Below are positions 62,101 through 64,000 of a DNA stretch of 64,000 nt, one piece after another. Position 1 is the stretch's first letter, and the number at the start of each line of letters is the position of its first letter. The stretch spans positions 38,415 to 102,414 of the forward strand of contig JAFGIL010000004.1 in the NCBI GenBank assembly GCA_016929635.1, in the 5' to 3' direction. The translations under genes and the position numbers were made by a program. The notes under the pieces are model-generated. The model made no database searches and was not told the DNA's origin. It was given only the letters and a program-made list of their open reading frames with translations. This stretch comes from Endomicrobiales bacterium. Its GTDB lineage: Bacteria > Elusimicrobiota > Endomicrobiia > Endomicrobiales > JAFGIL01.

Positions 62101-62764
62101 AACCCTGTCAACGCCAAACATAACACCGACCCATGGCAACAGGATTTTTTATACCTCTTCTATGGGCGGAAGTTACATAGCAAATTCAGTTGTGAAAGTT
62201 GTAAGGAGCAACGATACCTGTTATATGGTTTACTCAGGAGTTGCGACCCAGGGAGAGTTCGGAACAGCACAGATAGGCAAGCTTGTAATTGTTACCTGCC
62301 TCAGGACTTTTCTTGATTCCGGCCTTTACGCAACAGCGCAGGACAGAATAACCCAACTGCCCCTGGTTGACATGACCAGCCCGACTTCGGTTGACGAATT
62401 TCCTGACCCGGGTGACCCGGATTACATTACTATTAATTGGGATCATTCATGGGTAAAGTGGGATGAAAGCACCTATACCGAAGAATATCCTGCCAATTAT
62501 CCGACAGGATACGGCGGAGAGCCTTCAATACTGTATACCGTAAAATATTCTGACGATAATGAGCGCACATGGAAACACTGCATTGACGGCTCCTCGACTG
62601 ACTTCGGCGTTTTAGACACCGGATATTCGACAACTCTAAAACAGTATAAATGGGATATCTCTGCCTTGCCCGGAGGCACATACGTTATTCTCGTTGAATG
62701 CTACAGGCAAAACACCCCGCTTCATTTCAGTTATGAAAAACTTCGCACATACATAAGGAGATAA
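59180..62764 (+). CDS. Very large prepilin-type N-terminal domain protein carrying a PA14 domain (candidate pilus-tip adhesin)
   Basis: 1,194-aa ORF. The N-terminus KKNKG|FSLIEVIIAMVVIVIASLSVV is a class-III signal / N-methylation motif with Glu at +5. An internal PA14 domain is annotated separately. The gene starts 5 nt after the PilX-like gene. Confidence 0.85.
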   Translation: MKKIIDFIKKNKGFSLIEVIIAMVVIVIASLSVVQLHHFMSSQSTRVRKKAFATQKAIQMMEELRSLVYGAEKTDINVLDQYDNGTQYPYELTIDTTVPSPDAPLSGNIPNRGSWYFSRNIEIRRMADDEFARKVFVRVFKNSESTPGTPEETLAEVSSILRTITSEYVPTQVYDLYLVAIENVPGWWVSLALLRPMMENIIEDLRMRNPGLEFRVHWITRLSYGRDKEYVPYANDATTTENTTIPYVYFYPGSTNSGYYYATNVLKSKFNIDGTVVNSESYALCDQYNHAVRYPQEIAEFNEEVASAESSGISAPEISLRMLMEYINSNSTTYKNIILLNLHGEMVPLPPMRNYSDAAKDPINYPYARVVTHPQRLQYSTGSEFKLRVYPYTTNLQYGATSQYYNNSDFTGLALTRYDPSVDFDWAAGSPDGAVDAETFSVRWTGKIRPRFSENYNFYTETDDGVQLWVDGNQIINDPNIHVVTTNMGVIPLTAGQEYHVRMDYFEDTGDAVAKLYWESASQPKEIVQFAEIPITTVYIPNKNITPGTVEKIHGDEYHSYLKESVPQGTTMYQVTHPNGGDTLITLYKTPLRHGLNSSNQGIPSTDRLWGMEYIPCPLDAEFTRELTNTASNRPKNTARWIITFPAATLTSPTTVYIQTRIGNDYFSIGVDTPACNISETYTWVGTTPPVTELCQFMGDARHCPYFDVKSDARYNRYFRNVDDTDYPGFTLARDGWFDSNGWGADYIPIDLPRYFMLIREGLLTSQGIWSTMNGVSFFYHGLGGEIGNDKSPWTSGIPIRQLPWSTGSADSSVGVDEILDEGHSTIRGTHFIARKDNSWYAKYWLGELYPDEVYDTYWRPAGNLPTGTSSSLFYRARYNTSFSAPSDFYTSTRGRCISYRGSASFINGSTTRAFRHGSNDSATGNITNLGTAMSSTFNLPLLSQVLATRPYALASSTDYPPEWSQSPYSSIRTTLSTPNITPTHGNRIFYTSSMGGSYIANSVVKVVRSNDTCYMVYSGVATQGEFGTAQIGKLVIVTCLRTFLDSGLYATAQDRITQLPLVDMTSPTSVDEFPDPGDPDYITINWDHSWVKWDESTYTEEYPANYPTGYGGEPSILYTVKYSDDNERTWKHCIDGSSTDFGVLDTGYSTTLKQYKWDISALPGGTYVILVECYRQNTPLHFSYEKLRTYIRR
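60380..60770 (+). other. PA14 (carbohydrate-binding) domain within the 1,194-aa pilin-like protein
   Basis: SQYYNNSDFTGLALTRYDPSVDFDWAAGSPDGAVDAETFSVRWTGKIRPRFSENYNFYTETDDGVQLWVDGNQIINDP...LTAGQEYHVRMDYFEDTGDAVAKLYWESASQPKEIV follows the PA14 consensus (YY.N.DFSG......D..IDF.W....P......D.FSVRWTG.......G.Y.F....DDGVRLW.DG..VID.......L.AG..Y.I...Y.E..G.A...L.W). Confidence 0.88.
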
Positions 62765-62771
62765 TTCTTCA

Positions 62772-63791
62772 ATGAAAATATTTTTTAGGAAATCATCAAG
62801 AGGCGTTACTATAATCGAAATGATAATGGCGGTTGCGGTATTTTCCGTTATCATGCCGTTGGTGACCCTGTTTCTTACCAGAATTGTGAGCGGTTTTTCA
62901 TTCTATGAGATGTCGAGCCAGCTGAGAAAAATAAACCAGGAAACTCATAACCGGATCCACATGAGGCTTGGCACATGCAAACGTTTATTTCAAAATAACA
63001 CAAATGACAACACATTTTTAAGCGCCGTCCAACTAACAGACTGCCCTTCTGTCCTTACCGGAAGCGTTTTACCCGTGATAGAAGAGACAGGTTCTCTTGT
63101 GCGCAGCAATCCAAATTTTAAACAATCCAGCGTTGGAAACTCAATTTTTTTTGCAGGCAACAATGAAACTCTTGTACTCGCAAACGTCCTTGATTCATCC
63201 TCAACTCTAACAACCGTTAGAATCGACACATACTGTTTTTACTATTATTACCTGACTCCTGACGGCGCAAAAATCGTTGGCAATAAAGAAACCTATAAAC
63301 TGGTGGAGTGGGGCAGTATCGTATATGCAGATTATAACCACATTGCAGGCATATCTGACAGTACTTTAAAACAAAATACAATAACAGCTATTTATAATAC
63401 CGGGATTCATTATGCCTGGGAGCCGTCCCAGACAAACCTAAGCCTGGCTTTTTACGACGTTAATTCAGGAGGCACCGTATCTTTGATCGGATCTCCTTCC
63501 ATTTTAAAAAGTCAATATAAAATTCTTACGGATATAATTACCGGCATAATGGGAAGCAACTACGCTTACGGGTACTCCCCGAACAGTTCTGGGTTATCAA
63601 ACCCACCAAAAACAGTTCCTATTTATGGAACAGAAAGCGGGGAATTCCCCTCGGGTTTTGAAGTGATAATAGTTTCTCAGGCTGCAGGAAGAAAAGTTTT
63701 ATTCAGAAGCGTCCTCGTTGCAAAAGAATCCATGCGTAATGTTATGGGAGAGGAACTAACTCACATAACCAGCGTAAGGGATTTGTGGTAA
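62772..63791 (+). CDS. Prepilin-type N-terminal domain protein (minor pilin/pseudopilin-like)
   Basis: 339-aa ORF. SSRG|VTIIEMIMAVAVFSVIMPLV has Glu at +5 after the predicted cleavage Gly. The gene is 8 nt downstream of the 1,194-aa gene. Confidence 0.7.
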   Translation: MKIFFRKSSRGVTIIEMIMAVAVFSVIMPLVTLFLTRIVSGFSFYEMSSQLRKINQETHNRIHMRLGTCKRLFQNNTNDNTFLSAVQLTDCPSVLTGSVLPVIEETGSLVRSNPNFKQSSVGNSIFFAGNNETLVLANVLDSSSTLTTVRIDTYCFYYYYLTPDGAKIVGNKETYKLVEWGSIVYADYNHIAGISDSTLKQNTITAIYNTGIHYAWEPSQTNLSLAFYDVNSGGTVSLIGSPSILKSQYKILTDIITGIMGSNYAYGYSPNSSGLSNPPKTVPIYGTESGEFPSGFEVIIVSQAAGRKVLFRSVLVAKESMRNVMGEELTHITSVRDLW

Positions 63792-63866
63792 CCTTATCAT
63801 ACCCCCCTAAAATCCTTCCTTAAGACTTTACAAAAAAATATCTGTGGCCGAGCTAAATATTAATTC

Positions 63867-63895
63867 TTGACAAATCAGTCCTGCTTTATTATAAT
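63867..63895 (+). promoter_or_regulatory. Consensus sigma70-type promoter upstream of ndk
   Basis: TTGACA (63867..63872), a 17-nt spacer, then TATAAT (63890..63895). Both hexamers are perfect. Confidence 0.6.
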
Positions 63896-63928
63896 AACTG
63901 AAATTAAATAAACAATTTTGGATGTTAT

Positions 63929-64000
63929 ATGAATGGAAAAGAGGTCCAGCAAGTTCTTGTTTTAATAAAACCTGACGGTTTAAAAAAATCATTAACCGGA
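63929..64000 (+). CDS. ndk: Nucleoside diphosphate kinase, 5' fragment (runs off the window)
   Basis: My translation MNGKEVQQVLVLIKPDGLKKSLTG matches the NDK N-terminus pattern (ERT.V.IKPDGV.R.L.G). It is not in the track because no stop lies in the window. Confidence 0.6.
   Translation, partial: MNGKEVQQVLVLIKPDGLKKSLTG

Noticed and set aside
59290-62854. Minus-strand ORFs of 60-126 aa inside the pilin-like operon (for example 59290..59670)
   Set aside because: They are antisense to long, motif-supported plus-strand genes and show no independent signals.
46474-64000. Mobile element or genomic island boundaries around the giant gene
   Set aside because: No transposase, integrase, tRNA gene or long direct repeats are visible in the window, so there is no sequence support for a mobile-element call.

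Overview
Low-GC bacterial fragment that reads in the standard genetic code. About 73% of the window (2..46477, minus strand) is one uninterrupted reading frame. The supplied ORF track omits it because it has a start (ATG at 46477) but no stop inside the window. It encodes at least 15,492 codons of a secreted, highly repetitive surface protein, in this order: signal peptide; a beta-propeller-like region plus an IPT/TIG-like head; about 80 tandem ~125-aa Ig-like modules; about 32 tandem ~123-aa modules of a second type; then a third module type that runs off the window edge. All short ORFs the track lists in 1..46400 are off-frame or antisense artefacts of this gene. The giant gene is the last member of a tightly packed, partly translationally coupled minus-strand gene string. 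Its members are a small secreted protein, a HicB-like protein, a lipoprotein, a B12-type radical SAM enzyme, a UbiA-prenyltransferase fusion membrane protein and a secreted protein with two amidotransferase-like domains. The string is headed by a near-consensus sigma70-type promoter and a 5' leader that closely resembles a c-di-GMP-I (GEMM-I) riboswitch. The rest of the window holds a carbamoyltransferase/NUDIX/small-membrane-protein operon, a stand-alone LigD-type phosphoesterase domain and an APC permease fused to an EIIA-like domain. It also holds a plus-strand type IV pilin-like operon (PilX-like protein, a 1,194-aa prepilin-type protein with a PA14 domain, and a 339-aa pilin-like protein) and the 5' end of ndk. 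I found no rRNA or tRNA genes, CRISPR arrays, transposases or integrases. All calls rest on hand translation and motif recognition. No database search was run.
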